The notes beneath the pieces are model-generated. The model saw nothing but the letters and a program-made list of their open reading frames with translations, ran no database searches and was not told the origin of the DNA. The position numbers and the translations under genes are program-made. DNA of 64,000 bases from Escherichia phage vB_EcoM_3HA11. Positions within the stretch are counted from its first letter, which is position 1, and the number at the start of each line of letters is the position of its first letter. Below are positions 35,774 to 46,215 of the stretch, piece by piece. The stretch lies in sequence record MN342150; one strand, 5' to 3'.

Positions 35774-36346
35774 ATGGTCATTATTGACTCAACAGATATT
35801 TTGATTGCTGTTCTTAGTATGGTTGGGGTCTGTATTCTCGTTATGGGAATCAAAAAATCTTTGGGAAAACAAGTTGTTGAGGCCGTCTCCTCAGATTTAC
35901 AACCAGAAAATACCACGAAAAATGTTAAAGACATAAAACTTATTCTGAGTAGCCGTGTGTCCAAAAGTTTGGTTCCGAGCATAGATGATTTCAACTTACA
36001 CTACAAAGACCCAGACACTACTCCTGAAGAATATTTTCAATATTTCATGAAAGGTTTGGGTTGGCCGTTCATAGAATCGTGTGTATCAAAATCAAATTGT
36101 TTCTATTTGAAAATAGCATGTAAAGGTGAATATCAGGCTGTATGGTTTTGGAATTACGACGACACTTACGATAAACAATTTTTGATATATCTTCACAGGT
36201 TGTTTAAAGAGTATATGAACAACGGCAATGTCCCTGTTCACAAGGTAGAAACTGTAGAATCTATCGTGGATCGTGCTCGAACTCGTAATGGAACGAAACC
36301 AGATTATCTTTCCAAGTATGGATTTGTTTGGAAGGAGGACATATGA
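35774..36346 (+). CDS. membrane-anchored protein (N-terminal TM helix plus about 165-aa soluble domain)
   Basis: TM segment ILIAVLSMVGVCILVMGI right after the ATG at 35774 (SD GGGGGA). Confidence 0.45.
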   Translation: MVIIDSTDILIAVLSMVGVCILVMGIKKSLGKQVVEAVSSDLQPENTTKNVKDIKLILSSRVSKSLVPSIDDFNLHYKDPDTTPEEYFQYFMKGLGWPFIESCVSKSNCFYLKIACKGEYQAVWFWNYDDTYDKQFLIYLHRLFKEYMNNGNVPVHKVETVESIVDRARTRNGTKPDYLSKYGFVWKEDI

Positions 36347-36510
36347 AAGACATTTCATTTTATATTTGGTCTGCAATATTATTTTTCGGGATCTTGATTA
36401 TTCTTTTTCAACCGTTTTGGGCCGAATGGATCAATAATAGAAGAATGCGCAAATATGGAGTGGATGTTCTTCAGATTGTAGATAAGGCTAGAAAAAGACG
36501 CAGCAAATAA
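36343..36510 (+). CDS. small single-TM protein (55 aa)
   Basis: SD GGAGGA; hydrophobic IWSAILFFGILIILF; ATGA overlap with the upstream gene. Confidence 0.4.
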   Translation: MKDISFYIWSAILFFGILIILFQPFWAEWINNRRMRKYGVDVLQIVDKARKRRSK

Positions 36511-36563
36511 ATCTATTGAAGTCTCTGGGGTTATAATAACAAGACGAATAACCCTGGAGACAC

Positions 36564-37991
36564 ATGATGCTTCCTCTCTTAGAAATAATCCAAAATCTTC
36601 GTGATACCAAAGGCACTAATGCTAAGAAAGCCGTGTTGACCGAAGCGTTCAGAACCAATCCGGAACTGGTTGATTTCCTTCAATACGTTTATGATCCAAT
36701 GCGTTCTTATTATCGCACCCAATTCAATCTGAATGCATTCCCTCGTATGCTTTCGCGCGGCGTTGTCGGTAGCTGGGATCAGGTTTATGACGTTCTTGAT
36801 ATGATGTCAGAACGTCGTATTGGCGGGATGAAGGCCGACCAAGAACTGGCAAAAGCCGCAACGAATATTCACTCTGATTATCACACCCTCATCCAGATCA
36901 TTCTCGACCGAGACATTAAAGCGGGGATTGCTGAGAAAGGTATCAACGCAGCATTCAACGCAGCCGGAGGCACAGGTCGCCTGATTAACATCCTCCCATA
37001 TCATCGTTATGGCAACATGACGATTGATTTGTTGAAGACGATGGACTTTAAGCGTGGCGTCTTCAGCCAGCTGAAGTCAGATGGCATGTTCGCCAACATC
37101 ATCTGTCGTTATGGAAGAGACCCAGAGATTCGTTCTCGTTCCGGTTCTCTTATTGCAGGAGGTTCTGTTGATAACCTGTCATTAGTTTTCAAAGACCTGA
37201 TCTACGATGCGGGGATTGGTGAAAGTGTATTCCATGGTGAACTCCTCGTCATTGATCTGAAAACGAATACAGTGTTGCCTCGGGCTATCGGCAATGGTAA
37301 GCTCAACAGTGTCATCCAAACGGGTGAACCCCTGGAAGATCGTTACAAGGTGATCTACCGAGTGTGGGATGTTGTGCCGTATGACAAGTGGTTCGCCGCC
37401 GAGCGCGTGGACACGCCTTACGAGCAGCGCTTCGATATCATACAGCAACTGTTTGATGAAGGCGATGGTCTGGTTCAGGTTCAGGAGACCCGTGTCGTTC
37501 ATTCGTTCGAAGAGGCGGTTGATCATTTCAAGGACGCACTGGCCCGTGGTGAAGAAGGAACGATCTGCAAAGCGGCTGATATGCCATGGGAAGACGGCAC
37601 GTCCTCTGAAGGTCTGAAGCTGAAGATGGAAGTAGAATGTGACCTTGAAATCGTTGGCTTCAATGAGGCCGACAAGAAAGGGAAACACGCCAAGACATTT
37701 GGTTCCCTCCTCTGCAAGACATCCGACGGCCTATTAGTCGTTGGTGTCTCTGGGATCTCAGATGAGCTGAGACTCCGGATGTGGGAAAACCAGGGCGACT
37801 ACATTGGCATGATAGCTGCAGTGCTCTCTAACGGTGTCCAGGATAAAACAGATGACGCCATGAAGTCCTTGTTCCTCCCGCGACTTGTCGAAGTGCGCAC
37901 AGACAAGAAAGTTGCCAACACGCTGGCTGAAGTCTATGCTATCCAGAAAGCGTACATTGAAAACATTCTGGTGTTGTTAGAGGCAGCATAG
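36564..37991 (+). CDS. 30: ATP-dependent DNA ligase (T4 gp30-like)
   Basis: Adenylation motif KSDG (LKSDGMFAN), 475 aa, nucleotidyltransferase plus OB-fold layout. Confidence 0.85.
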   Translation: MMLPLLEIIQNLRDTKGTNAKKAVLTEAFRTNPELVDFLQYVYDPMRSYYRTQFNLNAFPRMLSRGVVGSWDQVYDVLDMMSERRIGGMKADQELAKAATNIHSDYHTLIQIILDRDIKAGIAEKGINAAFNAAGGTGRLINILPYHRYGNMTIDLLKTMDFKRGVFSQLKSDGMFANIICRYGRDPEIRSRSGSLIAGGSVDNLSLVFKDLIYDAGIGESVFHGELLVIDLKTNTVLPRAIGNGKLNSVIQTGEPLEDRYKVIYRVWDVVPYDKWFAAERVDTPYEQRFDIIQQLFDEGDGLVQVQETRVVHSFEEAVDHFKDALARGEEGTICKAADMPWEDGTSSEGLKLKMEVECDLEIVGFNEADKKGKHAKTFGSLLCKTSDGLLVVGVSGISDELRLRMWENQGDYIGMIAAVLSNGVQDKTDDAMKSLFLPRLVEVRTDKKVANTLAEVYAIQKAYIENILVLLEAA

Positions 37992-37992
37992 T

Positions 37993-38020
37993 CACGATTG
38001 AATTAAGGGGGGTATAACCC
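37993..38020 (+). terminator. rho-independent terminator (GGGGGGT-ATAA-CCCCCC plus TTT)
   Basis: Hairpin after ligase. Confidence 0.5.
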
Positions 38021-38076
38021 CCTTTCAATAAATCTATGGCAGTATAATTCCAACAAATCATCACAACGGTATTGTT

Positions 38077-38340
38077 ATGAAACTTGTTGACAAACAACCA
38101 AGAAAGAATAATGACTCATTACATCTCTTAACCATTATGCGGGAGTTGGGAGTTTCTGAATTGCAAATGATGAAGATGATGAATTGTTCTGACGTTGTCT
38201 ATAATTGGACAAACGGTTATCGTCTTATCCCAAAATCATTCCGTCGTTTTATTTTGGCATTGGTGTTTATTCATCGCCAAGGAAAAACAGAAGAGTTTCA
38301 ACGTTTCGTTAAATCAGAGGAGAGATCACGTGGTTGGTAA
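38077..38340 (+). CDS. small helix-turn-helix-like protein (putative regulator)
   Basis: LLTIMRELGVSELQMMKMM resembles an HTH. Confidence 0.4.
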   Translation: MKLVDKQPRKNNDSLHLLTIMRELGVSELQMMKMMNCSDVVYNWTNGYRLIPKSFRRFILALVFIHRQGKTEEFQRFVKSEERSRGW

Positions 38341-38483
38341 AAATCCGCCGTCATATGTCAAAATCGGGATCGCTTTCCGGAACGCCATGCTTTTCATTAA
38401 AGAGAAAGGCTTGATGTCGGAGTTCAATCAGTTCTGTTCTGAACGCCGCAGATTACAGAAACAGAAAAGCAGGGAGAAACGCC

Positions 38484-39146
38484 ATGATAACTGAGTGGGA
38501 GAAAATGCAATATGAACGTGCATTTAACGTTTATTGCATATATATGGCGATCAAGTTGCATTTCACCACCAAAGATTTTGATTATGGTCTGTATGGGCCG
38601 ATGAACAATTACAAGTTTGAAACATTCTATTCTAAACAGGGTGTGGCCAAACAATTTGCCAAACTTGCTCGTCGGTTTGAATCTTCCCAGGGTGAAGTGG
38701 TGGAAAATTATATCATCGCCAACTTTGTTAAATCACCAAAAACATGGGTGACAACATTACTCACCCGTCAGGCTCAAGAAAATTATAATGAATATCGCCG
38801 CCTGTACGATAACTTTTCATATAATTTTCTTGACCATTTTGAACGTTATATGATTCCGGAAATAAAAGAAAGAGGTGTGAACTTTATCCAGTACATCAAA
38901 GGAAATGGGAATGGTCACCCACCGTTGCTGACAGACATTATCATCAAACGTTATCCGATTTGGTTTTTGGTTGGATTGAATAAAGTGGTGGGATTTATTC
39001 ATTTGTATGATACAATACTCAAGGAAGATATTTATTGGAATTCTGAGTCGTTCTTATTGAAAAAGACTAATTCTGTGGTTCCGGATGAAAATACAGAATA
39101 CACGAAAGGAAAACTCCGTGAGCTAATCCTTGCCCACGGAATTTGA
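38484..39146 (+). CDS. 59: helicase loader (T4 gp59-like, putative)
   Basis: N-terminal NVYCIYMAIKLHFTTKDFD resembles T4 gp59 VYKLYLMIKQHMNGKYD; 220 aa. Confidence 0.45.
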   Translation: MITEWEKMQYERAFNVYCIYMAIKLHFTTKDFDYGLYGPMNNYKFETFYSKQGVAKQFAKLARRFESSQGEVVENYIIANFVKSPKTWVTTLLTRQAQENYNEYRRLYDNFSYNFLDHFERYMIPEIKERGVNFIQYIKGNGNGHPPLLTDIIIKRYPIWFLVGLNKVVGFIHLYDTILKEDIYWNSESFLLKKTNSVVPDENTEYTKGKLRELILAHGI

Positions 39147-41087
39147 TTACCAATCCCAAAGAATACGACCTGCGTCAGTACGGTTGGACGGCTCCAGTTG
39201 TGAACTGTTGAAGTTGTTTGTCGTACTGACTTTCTTCGAGTTATCAACATTTTGTTGTACAGGCATTACCACACTGGCTGGCGGGTTGGCGTAGGAAGAT
39301 TTAACTTCCTCAATGTTGTTAGCCGCTCTCCCCTGAACCGGATATGCCCCACCCAGAGTACCTCCCCCGATCCCAGCATATGCATCTTTCAATTGAGAAG
39401 TGCGATCTGTTACGTTCACAGCATCCGAAGAAACCCCAGAAGGCATTGGAGTCAGCGTGCTGATATCTGCATTAGGTTGTGCTGGCGATTGACTGTTCGG
39501 TGGTGCAGAGGCATTCTCAGGAGCCTTATCGTCTTGGCTTATCAGCATAGACTGTCTTGCTTCCGCCATCTTATTCCTGGCTGCTTCACCACCCAACGCA
39601 TCGGGGATAATGCTGACAAACTTATCCACGATATCAAACATCGCATTGGTGATAGCATTCAACATGTTGAAGAAAGGTTTCTTCACATTTTCAGCAAATC
39701 CTTTCTTCATGTCTTCAACGACTTTGTTTGCAGCCGCCATGCCGTCATCTATCAGGCCAGTTATTCCACCCGTTACCCAATCAACCAATTTTATCAATTG
39801 GCCTTGCAAGTTATCTGCAAGTTTACCAGGTATTTCGGTCAGTGATGTACTCTTCCCGATACCCGCAAACAAATCGTTGGTGACCCAATCAACAATCGAG
39901 TTCAACCAACGCACGGGCGCTTCGGTCATTTTCAGCACTTGTTCACGGAACGCCTTTCCAAACCCAGCATTGTTCCATCCGAATATTTCAGCAACCCAAT
40001 CGGCGAGATCCCCGAAACTACCGACCAGCTCTGTTATCCCTGCCTGAACCCGATCAACGATCGATACTTGCGCTTTACCAAGGATTTCTTTAGCATTAAA
40101 GAACCCTTTACCGAATTCAAATACAGATGTTATTAACGCCAGAGGTCCAACTCGAAGCATCTTGGTTGCTGCTTTCAGAGGCGCAAGCAACCCGCCGATC
40201 CCAGCACCAAACCCCATGAATAATTTAATGAAGCCACCAACAAGTTTTAATGGGGACATCAGGAGTTTTAACGCGCCCAGTCCAAGGAGTGCCCCCAGCG
40301 CCGCGCCTAACCCAGAAGATTGACCATCTTGTTTAGGCTCAGACGGAGGGATAGAACCAGCCTCTGGATTGTTCTTGTTTTCCTTACCTTCTTCGCCACG
40401 ACGGAATTTCTCTTCTTCTCTATATTTTTGATCACTTTCATAGATACGTGTCAGAGTATCATTAAGATCTTCGTTCATGTATCCCAATTTGTCATCAATG
40501 CTGTCGAGGCGGGTAACAGTTTCGTTACTGGCATCTTTATTGAAATCTAGCGTGTCCTTATGCGTTTGAAGCATTATGTCAGTCAGGTTTACGATCTTCC
40601 CTCCGACCAACGCCAGCTTATCCTTTAATCCATCAAGGCGTTCAAGACTATCTTCGTTGGCCGCGCCCAATTGATCTGATATCATGTCAAGATATTCAAC
40701 TGACATGTCGTCAACCGGACCATTCGCTGCTTCACCAAATTTTTCGATCTTGGTGGCGATACGCATCAGTTCTTCATTGCCATCCTTTGTTAGACTGACG
40801 GTGTCTTTCATCCAAGTGCTGTAATCCCTTGTGAAAATAGGACTGACGCGGACAAACCCACCAACAATATCATTCACCGATGGGAATTTAATTGGCGGGA
40901 CTTTCTGCTCCTGATTAGACGCCTGGCGTGTCTTCAGAGATTGCAGTTGTTTGTTGACATCGGCGAGCTGTTTATTCGTCTCGGATTGGGCGCGCAATTG
41001 CTTGCGCTCCATCATTTCTTTTTTGATTTTATCCAAAACCTTGACGATGTCTTGCTGCCCTGGTGTCGGTTGATTGTTATCTGCCAT
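39147..41087 (-). CDS. 29: tail tape-measure / baseplate hub protein (T4 gp29-like)
   Basis: 646 aa; N-terminal coiled coil, central Gly/Ala/Leu-rich hydrophobic stretch, last gene of a baseplate operon. Confidence 0.6.
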   Translation of the reverse strand: MADNNQPTPGQQDIVKVLDKIKKEMMERKQLRAQSETNKQLADVNKQLQSLKTRQASNQEQKVPPIKFPSVNDIVGGFVRVSPIFTRDYSTWMKDTVSLTKDGNEELMRIATKIEKFGEAANGPVDDMSVEYLDMISDQLGAANEDSLERLDGLKDKLALVGGKIVNLTDIMLQTHKDTLDFNKDASNETVTRLDSIDDKLGYMNEDLNDTLTRIYESDQKYREEEKFRRGEEGKENKNNPEAGSIPPSEPKQDGQSSGLGAALGALLGLGALKLLMSPLKLVGGFIKLFMGFGAGIGGLLAPLKAATKMLRVGPLALITSVFEFGKGFFNAKEILGKAQVSIVDRVQAGITELVGSFGDLADWVAEIFGWNNAGFGKAFREQVLKMTEAPVRWLNSIVDWVTNDLFAGIGKSTSLTEIPGKLADNLQGQLIKLVDWVTGGITGLIDDGMAAANKVVEDMKKGFAENVKKPFFNMLNAITNAMFDIVDKFVSIIPDALGGEAARNKMAEARQSMLISQDDKAPENASAPPNSQSPAQPNADISTLTPMPSGVSSDAVNVTDRTSQLKDAYAGIGGGTLGGAYPVQGRAANNIEEVKSSYANPPASVVMPVQQNVDNSKKVSTTNNFNSSQLEPSNRTDAGRILWDW

Positions 41088-41097
41088 TTGTCACCTC

Positions 41098-42486
41098 TCA
41101 GACCTTCTGGGCTTGTCCTTTCTCTATTGGCGTCGGAGTTGGTGTAGAAGCCACAGTTTGACCAGTCTGAGGCGGTAAGACCTTCTGGATCATACTATCT
41201 TTGGCAATCTCAGCGACGCATTGATAATCATTTGTCAGGCGTGAAATCTTGTGGCGTATCTTTGTGACGATATAATGGCCTGTTGATAACTTACTTAACT
41301 CGGCAATGTTTTCATTAGATTTCGGGCGGTTCGACAAATCTTCAATATAATAAACCTGCCCAACATTCAGACGGTTATCCCCCACGACCAGCAAACGCAT
41401 AACCGTTGACGCGAGGCTGAATTCTATAACGCGTCGTGCGTAATCTATTTGTTCGGCACCATCCGGTTGCGCTTCAATGTACCTAACGTTCTCACGGTCG
41501 AATTGATCAGAGAACAAAGGGAACGGATCAAGGTGAGCAGTGCTGTCAAACCATTCTGAATAAATGCGTTGGGTCGCTGTCGTGGATTTTGTACTAAAGT
41601 CATACACGCGCTCGTTCACTGCCAAGATATCCCGATAATTCGCCATGTACTGATCACGCGCCAGTTTCTTTTCAGCCTTGATGATCGTCCGCATAAAACG
41701 TTCGGAGTTGAAGTTATTGTCTTGCATCAACGGGGCATCTTGAGGATCACGGAAGAATTTCTTTTCCGCGCTTGCCTCTTGTTTCTCTTCGGCAGTCATG
41801 GACTGATTGCCCTGGTTGAACAATGTCGTCATGCTCTTGAAGTGATAGCCTGTGAAGTCTTCATAGAAAACAAATGGCATAAACAATTCGTCGTATGCGC
41901 GGCTGGCCATATAATCGATGGAACGAAGTACAGGCCAAAGAGGAGTTGCGAATCGTTCTTGCACGCCATACGACGGATCTATGTCTTCAAATTTGGTTCG
42001 AGAATTTAACTGCTCAAAAATCTTGGCCGCCATTTCTGAATAAGAACCGTTCAGACCGATAGACTTACGCAGCATGCTGTCACGGTACGCATCTGTTGTC
42101 ACCAAGTGCAGCCAAAATGCTTTTTTAGATGATGAATTGGATTCATCCGCAACTCTACCCACCCGACTCACGCGCAATGAGAGAGTAGTGTAATCAGAAG
42201 CCGCTGGTGATTTGAATGACACCACTACTTCTTCACCGCCAAGTATCGGCATTGTGTCCAATATATCCCAACCTTCTTTTATCAAGATATTGGCTGTCAG
42301 TGAAGGAGAAGCATTACCTTCCAAACCAAGATCTTGGTAGACGTTGAATTCTTGAAATAAAGAAGACAGGTCATATGGTCTTGGCGTACCACCTTCTGGA
42401 GTATGTGGTAGGATCGCCATATACTTCAAATCAAATGTGGTGGACGGTGTTAAAATACCGTCTTGAGATTCTTTATTTTCGATCAT
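41098..42486 (-). CDS. baseplate hub protein (gp27-like, putative)
   Basis: 462 aa, immediately upstream of the tape-measure gene in the same operon. Confidence 0.45.
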   Translation of the reverse strand: MIENKESQDGILTPSTTFDLKYMAILPHTPEGGTPRPYDLSSLFQEFNVYQDLGLEGNASPSLTANILIKEGWDILDTMPILGGEEVVVSFKSPAASDYTTLSLRVSRVGRVADESNSSSKKAFWLHLVTTDAYRDSMLRKSIGLNGSYSEMAAKIFEQLNSRTKFEDIDPSYGVQERFATPLWPVLRSIDYMASRAYDELFMPFVFYEDFTGYHFKSMTTLFNQGNQSMTAEEKQEASAEKKFFRDPQDAPLMQDNNFNSERFMRTIIKAEKKLARDQYMANYRDILAVNERVYDFSTKSTTATQRIYSEWFDSTAHLDPFPLFSDQFDRENVRYIEAQPDGAEQIDYARRVIEFSLASTVMRLLVVGDNRLNVGQVYYIEDLSNRPKSNENIAELSKLSTGHYIVTKIRHKISRLTNDYQCVAEIAKDSMIQKVLPPQTGQTVASTPTPTPIEKGQAQKV

Positions 42487-43040
42487 TTGGTCAGCTCCTG
42501 TTCCAGCTGATTAACAAAGGAAGAAACATAATCTGGATCGAGCACTTGGATGTTACGTTTGGCTTCGTTTTTGTTTATTGCATCATCGTGATATGTAATG
42601 CCAGTCAGCCCGTAATTCGCGATGATTGTCGCGTCGTCCATAGCGCCAAGGCCATATGCCAAACGGATAGCGCGGGGATCTGTTTCATTCCCAAATTCGT
42701 CAACGTAGTATTTTACGTCCCACATCCCATCGAGTCCATAACGAGCAGTTAGCTCTTCAATGATTCTGCGTTCTGGTTTTGGCCAGTCTTCTGTGATATC
42801 CATGATACCATTGATAAGACATGGTATCCAGAACAACTCGAAGGAACCATAGACCCGTTCCGCAAAAGACCTTGGGGTTTCCCCATCAAAAACAGTATAA
42901 GGCAGGAGAAGCCCTTCTATGTCCCGAATTTTCTTAACAACCATAACCCGTCGTGTCAAGTTTTGCAACAGGACTTGGTCATTTTCTTTGACACCAATTA
43001 GTTGATGCCATACGAGTGGAAATTTCTCAAAATATTTCAT
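42483..43040 (-). CDS. baseplate-associated protein (putative)
   Basis: 185 aa, coupled within the hub operon. Confidence 0.4.
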   Translation of the reverse strand: MKYFEKFPLVWHQLIGVKENDQVLLQNLTRRVMVVKKIRDIEGLLLPYTVFDGETPRSFAERVYGSFELFWIPCLINGIMDITEDWPKPERRIIEELTARYGLDGMWDVKYYVDEFGNETDPRAIRLAYGLGAMDDATIIANYGLTGITYHDDAINKNEAKRNIQVLDPDYVSSFVNQLEQELTK

Positions 43041-43052
43041 GGCATCTTCCCC

Positions 43053-44021
43053 TTAGAAGCTGTCGCCTTCGGTATCAAAGCGGCCTTTGTGCAACGGTTC
43101 CAGTTCGATAAATGTCATATCAATCTGGGTTGACACGATGCTGTCATCTTTGTGGACAGCATATGAAGAATCCGGCGTCTCGTTGACAAACATGTTTGAC
43201 AAAACACAAGTCGATATCCGATGCAACCATTTGTTGCGTTCCCCCTGCACCATGAACGTGATGTCAAATGTGGAAGGGTGTAGATAGAATGCACTGGAAT
43301 TCTTGTTGTATTTGTATTCGGGGTACATATGCATCTTGAACAGACGAATGATTTCCCTCACCATTTTCGCCTCTTTTTGCGATCTTGGAGTGAATTTGAA
43401 TGTGAACGGGATTTCTCGGTTGCGCACCCCTTGGAAAATCATTTCCACATACGGGTTGGTCATCGTACCTGTAAACAATTCTAATGTATCATGAGCATTA
43501 ATTGTCGGCAAGAAAGGAATTGCTTCCGAAGCAGATTGGATGGCCTTTGTCGCCGCAAATCTCCCCATTTCTTTCCCAACATTCAAAGCATCCCCAAGTT
43601 TGAATTGACTCATATCTTGGGCGGCGCGTGATAAGAATTGGGCACCCATACCTGCTAATCCCAACTCGGAGCCGTTCCAGCCAACGCCATAGTTGGTTGT
43701 AATGGATTCGGGCATACACAACACGATTGATTCGTTAGAGCGGACGTGACGCGCCCAAGCATATTTGCTAATAGAACCCGATTTAGAACCATAAACCACA
43801 GGAGTCTTACCCAATGGATTTTGTATCGGATTTTCGACGGTTTGGGTTGTGGTGTCCCCATATGAAGAACCGGATATTCGGTTGATGTTGAATAGAACAT
43901 AATGGCCGAGGGTTTTACCCCCTGTTATGTCTAATGGATAGACCAATTGCTTCTGAGACTTGGCCAAGCCTTTTGTGTTCAGAACTTTGATCTTATCGAT
44001 GGTCGACTTGAAATTCGCCAT
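43053..44021 (-). CDS. baseplate/tail-tube junction protein (gp48/gp54-like, putative)
   Basis: 322 aa, first gene of the hub operon. Confidence 0.45.
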   Translation of the reverse strand: MANFKSTIDKIKVLNTKGLAKSQKQLVYPLDITGGKTLGHYVLFNINRISGSSYGDTTTQTVENPIQNPLGKTPVVYGSKSGSISKYAWARHVRSNESIVLCMPESITTNYGVGWNGSELGLAGMGAQFLSRAAQDMSQFKLGDALNVGKEMGRFAATKAIQSASEAIPFLPTINAHDTLELFTGTMTNPYVEMIFQGVRNREIPFTFKFTPRSQKEAKMVREIIRLFKMHMYPEYKYNKNSSAFYLHPSTFDITFMVQGERNKWLHRISTCVLSNMFVNETPDSSYAVHKDDSIVSTQIDMTFIELEPLHKGRFDTEGDSF

Positions 44022-44074
44022 GGTCTGAAGCCCTTTAATTAGAATAGAGTGATGACACTATTTAGGACTAGAAT

Positions 44075-44695
44075 ATGGCTATGTATTTGCAGGGGAAGTA
44101 TGTTCCCGTAAATCCCAAGAAATATAAAGGCGACGTGAACAAAATAGTATTTCGTTCTTCGCTAGAACTTGTCGCCTTTAAATTTTGTGATATGAATCCT
44201 GCTATCGTCTATTGGTCTTCAGAAGAAACTGTAATCCCTTACATATCTCCGGTTGATGGTCGCGCCCATCGTTATTTCATGGATTTGAAGGTTTGGACTC
44301 GTCGGCAGGATTCCGATGAATTACAAATTACTCTTATTGAAATAAAACCCAAAGACCAGATTAAAGAACCTCGCAAAACTAAAACGATGAAGGAATCAAC
44401 ATTCAATAATTCAATGCGCACTTGGTTGGTAAATCAGGCAAAGTGGACAGCAACTAAAGAACATTGCGCGAAGGTAGGTTGGAAATTCATTATCTGGACA
44501 GAAGAACATTTGGTGCCAGGTGAAGACCCAGAAGTTAAAAAACAATTTGCTCTTCGTTCTAAGAAAAAGCGCGAAGTCGAAATGGAAGATCGACGCCGCG
44601 CTCAAAGGATTAATGCGTTGAAAGAGCAAATGAAGAAGGAAACTGCTAATAAACAACCAACGCAATTGAAAGATGATGGTTTGTTATTACCCTGA
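44075..44695 (+). CDS. PD-(D/E)xK-like protein (possibly head-completion-type nuclease fold) with basic C-terminal tail
   Basis: YFMDLKV ... LIEIKPK resembles the D...E-x-K core. Confidence 0.4.
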   Translation: MAMYLQGKYVPVNPKKYKGDVNKIVFRSSLELVAFKFCDMNPAIVYWSSEETVIPYISPVDGRAHRYFMDLKVWTRRQDSDELQITLIEIKPKDQIKEPRKTKTMKESTFNNSMRTWLVNQAKWTATKEHCAKVGWKFIIWTEEHLVPGEDPEVKKQFALRSKKKREVEMEDRRRAQRINALKEQMKKETANKQPTQLKDDGLLLP

Positions 44696-44905
44696 TTTCC
44701 TTGGATGTCCAGGGGCAAAGCAAGTTTGTTTGTCCCTGCATATCATCCACCCATCAGCACGGGCTTGTCTAGCACAGTCTCCCCAAGATTCACCAGCATA
44801 AGACTTCATCCCACATCTGGGGTGATGCTCTTGCCAAGCCCAATCACAAGATTTGCATTCCACACATTCACAATACAAATCTATCGTGTATCCTGCGGTA
44901 ATCAT
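44687..44905 (-). CDS. small Cys-rich protein
   Basis: 9 Cys in 72 aa (CECVECKSC, CRDKQTC). Confidence 0.35.
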   Translation of the reverse strand: MITAGYTIDLYCECVECKSCDWAWQEHHPRCGMKSYAGESWGDCARQARADGWMICRDKQTCFAPGHPRKSG

Positions 44906-45313
44906 TTAATCCGCCAGGCGTTCGTAAATTTTTTGACGGAACTCATTCCCTTTTGCACAACCTGTGGCCAGCAAACGAGTACCGCCTGTCCCGATGACAC
45001 TGATAGTTGAAAATCTTAAAATACGGCCTGTAATGGACTGATCCACTTTGATGGTCTCAACTTTACCCAGGCGAAGTTCATCAGCATCACGGCGGATAAA
45101 TCCTCGTTTTACGATAACCCGTTTGTTGGTGACTGCGAATTCCGTGGTCATCACATTCAAGATAGTTGGGATCAGGAATAACAAACTGAAACCAAATGTT
45201 GGAATAATCGTTAAAGCGACGAGAACATAAATCCAGAATCCACTCCACCAAGTCGGACGAGTGAATGCAACCACATATTCATTTTCGCTCAGCATACGAT
45301 CGACGTAACGCAT
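44906..45313 (-). CDS. membrane protein with bacterial PH-like domain (YdbT/DUF304-like)
   Basis: Two N-terminal TM helices followed by a PH-like beta region. Confidence 0.45.
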   Translation of the reverse strand: MRYVDRMLSENEYVVAFTRPTWWSGFWIYVLVALTIIPTFGFSLLFLIPTILNVMTTEFAVTNKRVIVKRGFIRRDADELRLGKVETIKVDQSITGRILRFSTISVIGTGGTRLLATGCAKGNEFRQKIYERLAD

Positions 45314-45314
45314 T

Positions 45315-45836
45315 TTAATTCCTTACTTTGTCAGGATTAGATAATATTTGTTCGTATCCGACTTCTCCTTGATAGTCGAAAACATGCTGAAGAATCGCCA
45401 TATCGTCTACCATCCGATAAACTTCAATTCCAGCGTTCATCAATTTTTTGATTCCATCCATAATACGATATGGCTCACGATAATATACTTTATCGATTTT
45501 ACCGCTATCTATTATCTTTTGAGTGCAATTAGGGCAAGGACTATGTGTCACAAACATAACCAACCCTGTGAAATCATCTGCATTTTCGGGGATACGCATT
45601 AGAGCATTTTCCTCCGCATGAACAACACACGGGTTTGTAACAATTTGCCCGTGTTGCTCCATCTCACAAACATTCGGCATGCCAGGAGGCGTTCCGTTCC
45701 ATCCGATAGCCACAGGCTGATCAGTTTCAGGGTTTACGATAACACAACCGACTTGCAGACGCCGAGCATAACTGGTTACACCATATGCTGCAGCTGATCG
45801 CATATGAGCAAACATCATACGTGGTTTGATAGCCAT
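45315..45836 (-). CDS. cd: dCMP deaminase
   Basis: Zinc-binding motifs VHAEENA and SPCPNC. Confidence 0.8.
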   Translation of the reverse strand: MAIKPRMMFAHMRSAAAYGVTSYARRLQVGCVIVNPETDQPVAIGWNGTPPGMPNVCEMEQHGQIVTNPCVVHAEENALMRIPENADDFTGLVMFVTHSPCPNCTQKIIDSGKIDKVYYREPYRIMDGIKKLMNAGIEVYRMVDDMAILQHVFDYQGEVGYEQILSNPDKVRN

Positions 45837-46153
45837 TATTTTATCAGAGCCTTTTCAAGTAAAAAGATCATGTCATCCTGGTCGGCGCGGCCAAAGATCT
45901 GACCGAGGGACACCATGGAATGAACCTCTTTGACAATCAGGTCTTTGCCTGTTACACCGCTGTTGTCCAATTCGAGAATTGTAGACATGCGCTCAACCAT
46001 ATGAGGTGGATGATTGATATAACGTTGAAGATACTTTTCACGCAACGCAATTTTTTCGATAAGATCTGACATTTCTGCATTCTCTTCTGAATACAGACGT
46101 TCTTTAGATTTCAGTTCTTCGAGGCGTTCGTACATTTCTTTTAATGAAATCAT
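45836..46153 (-). CDS. hypothetical protein
   Basis: ATG at 46153 with SD GGGAGAG. Confidence 0.4.
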   Translation of the reverse strand: MISLKEMYERLEELKSKERLYSEENAEMSDLIEKIALREKYLQRYINHPPHMVERMSTILELDNSGVTGKDLIVKEVHSMVSLGQIFGRADQDDMIFLLEKALIK

Positions 46154-46215
46154 GTTTATCTCTCCCAATAAATTAAGGGGAAGTATACCTTCCCCTTCTT
46201 CAATAAAATAAATTA

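Noticed and set aside
38330-38494. 54-aa GTG-initiated ORF (SD GAGGAG) overlapping the end of the HTH-like gene and the start of the gp59-like gene
   Set aside because: Plausible signals but very short, basic, and overlapping on both sides; not reported as a feature without expression or conservation evidence
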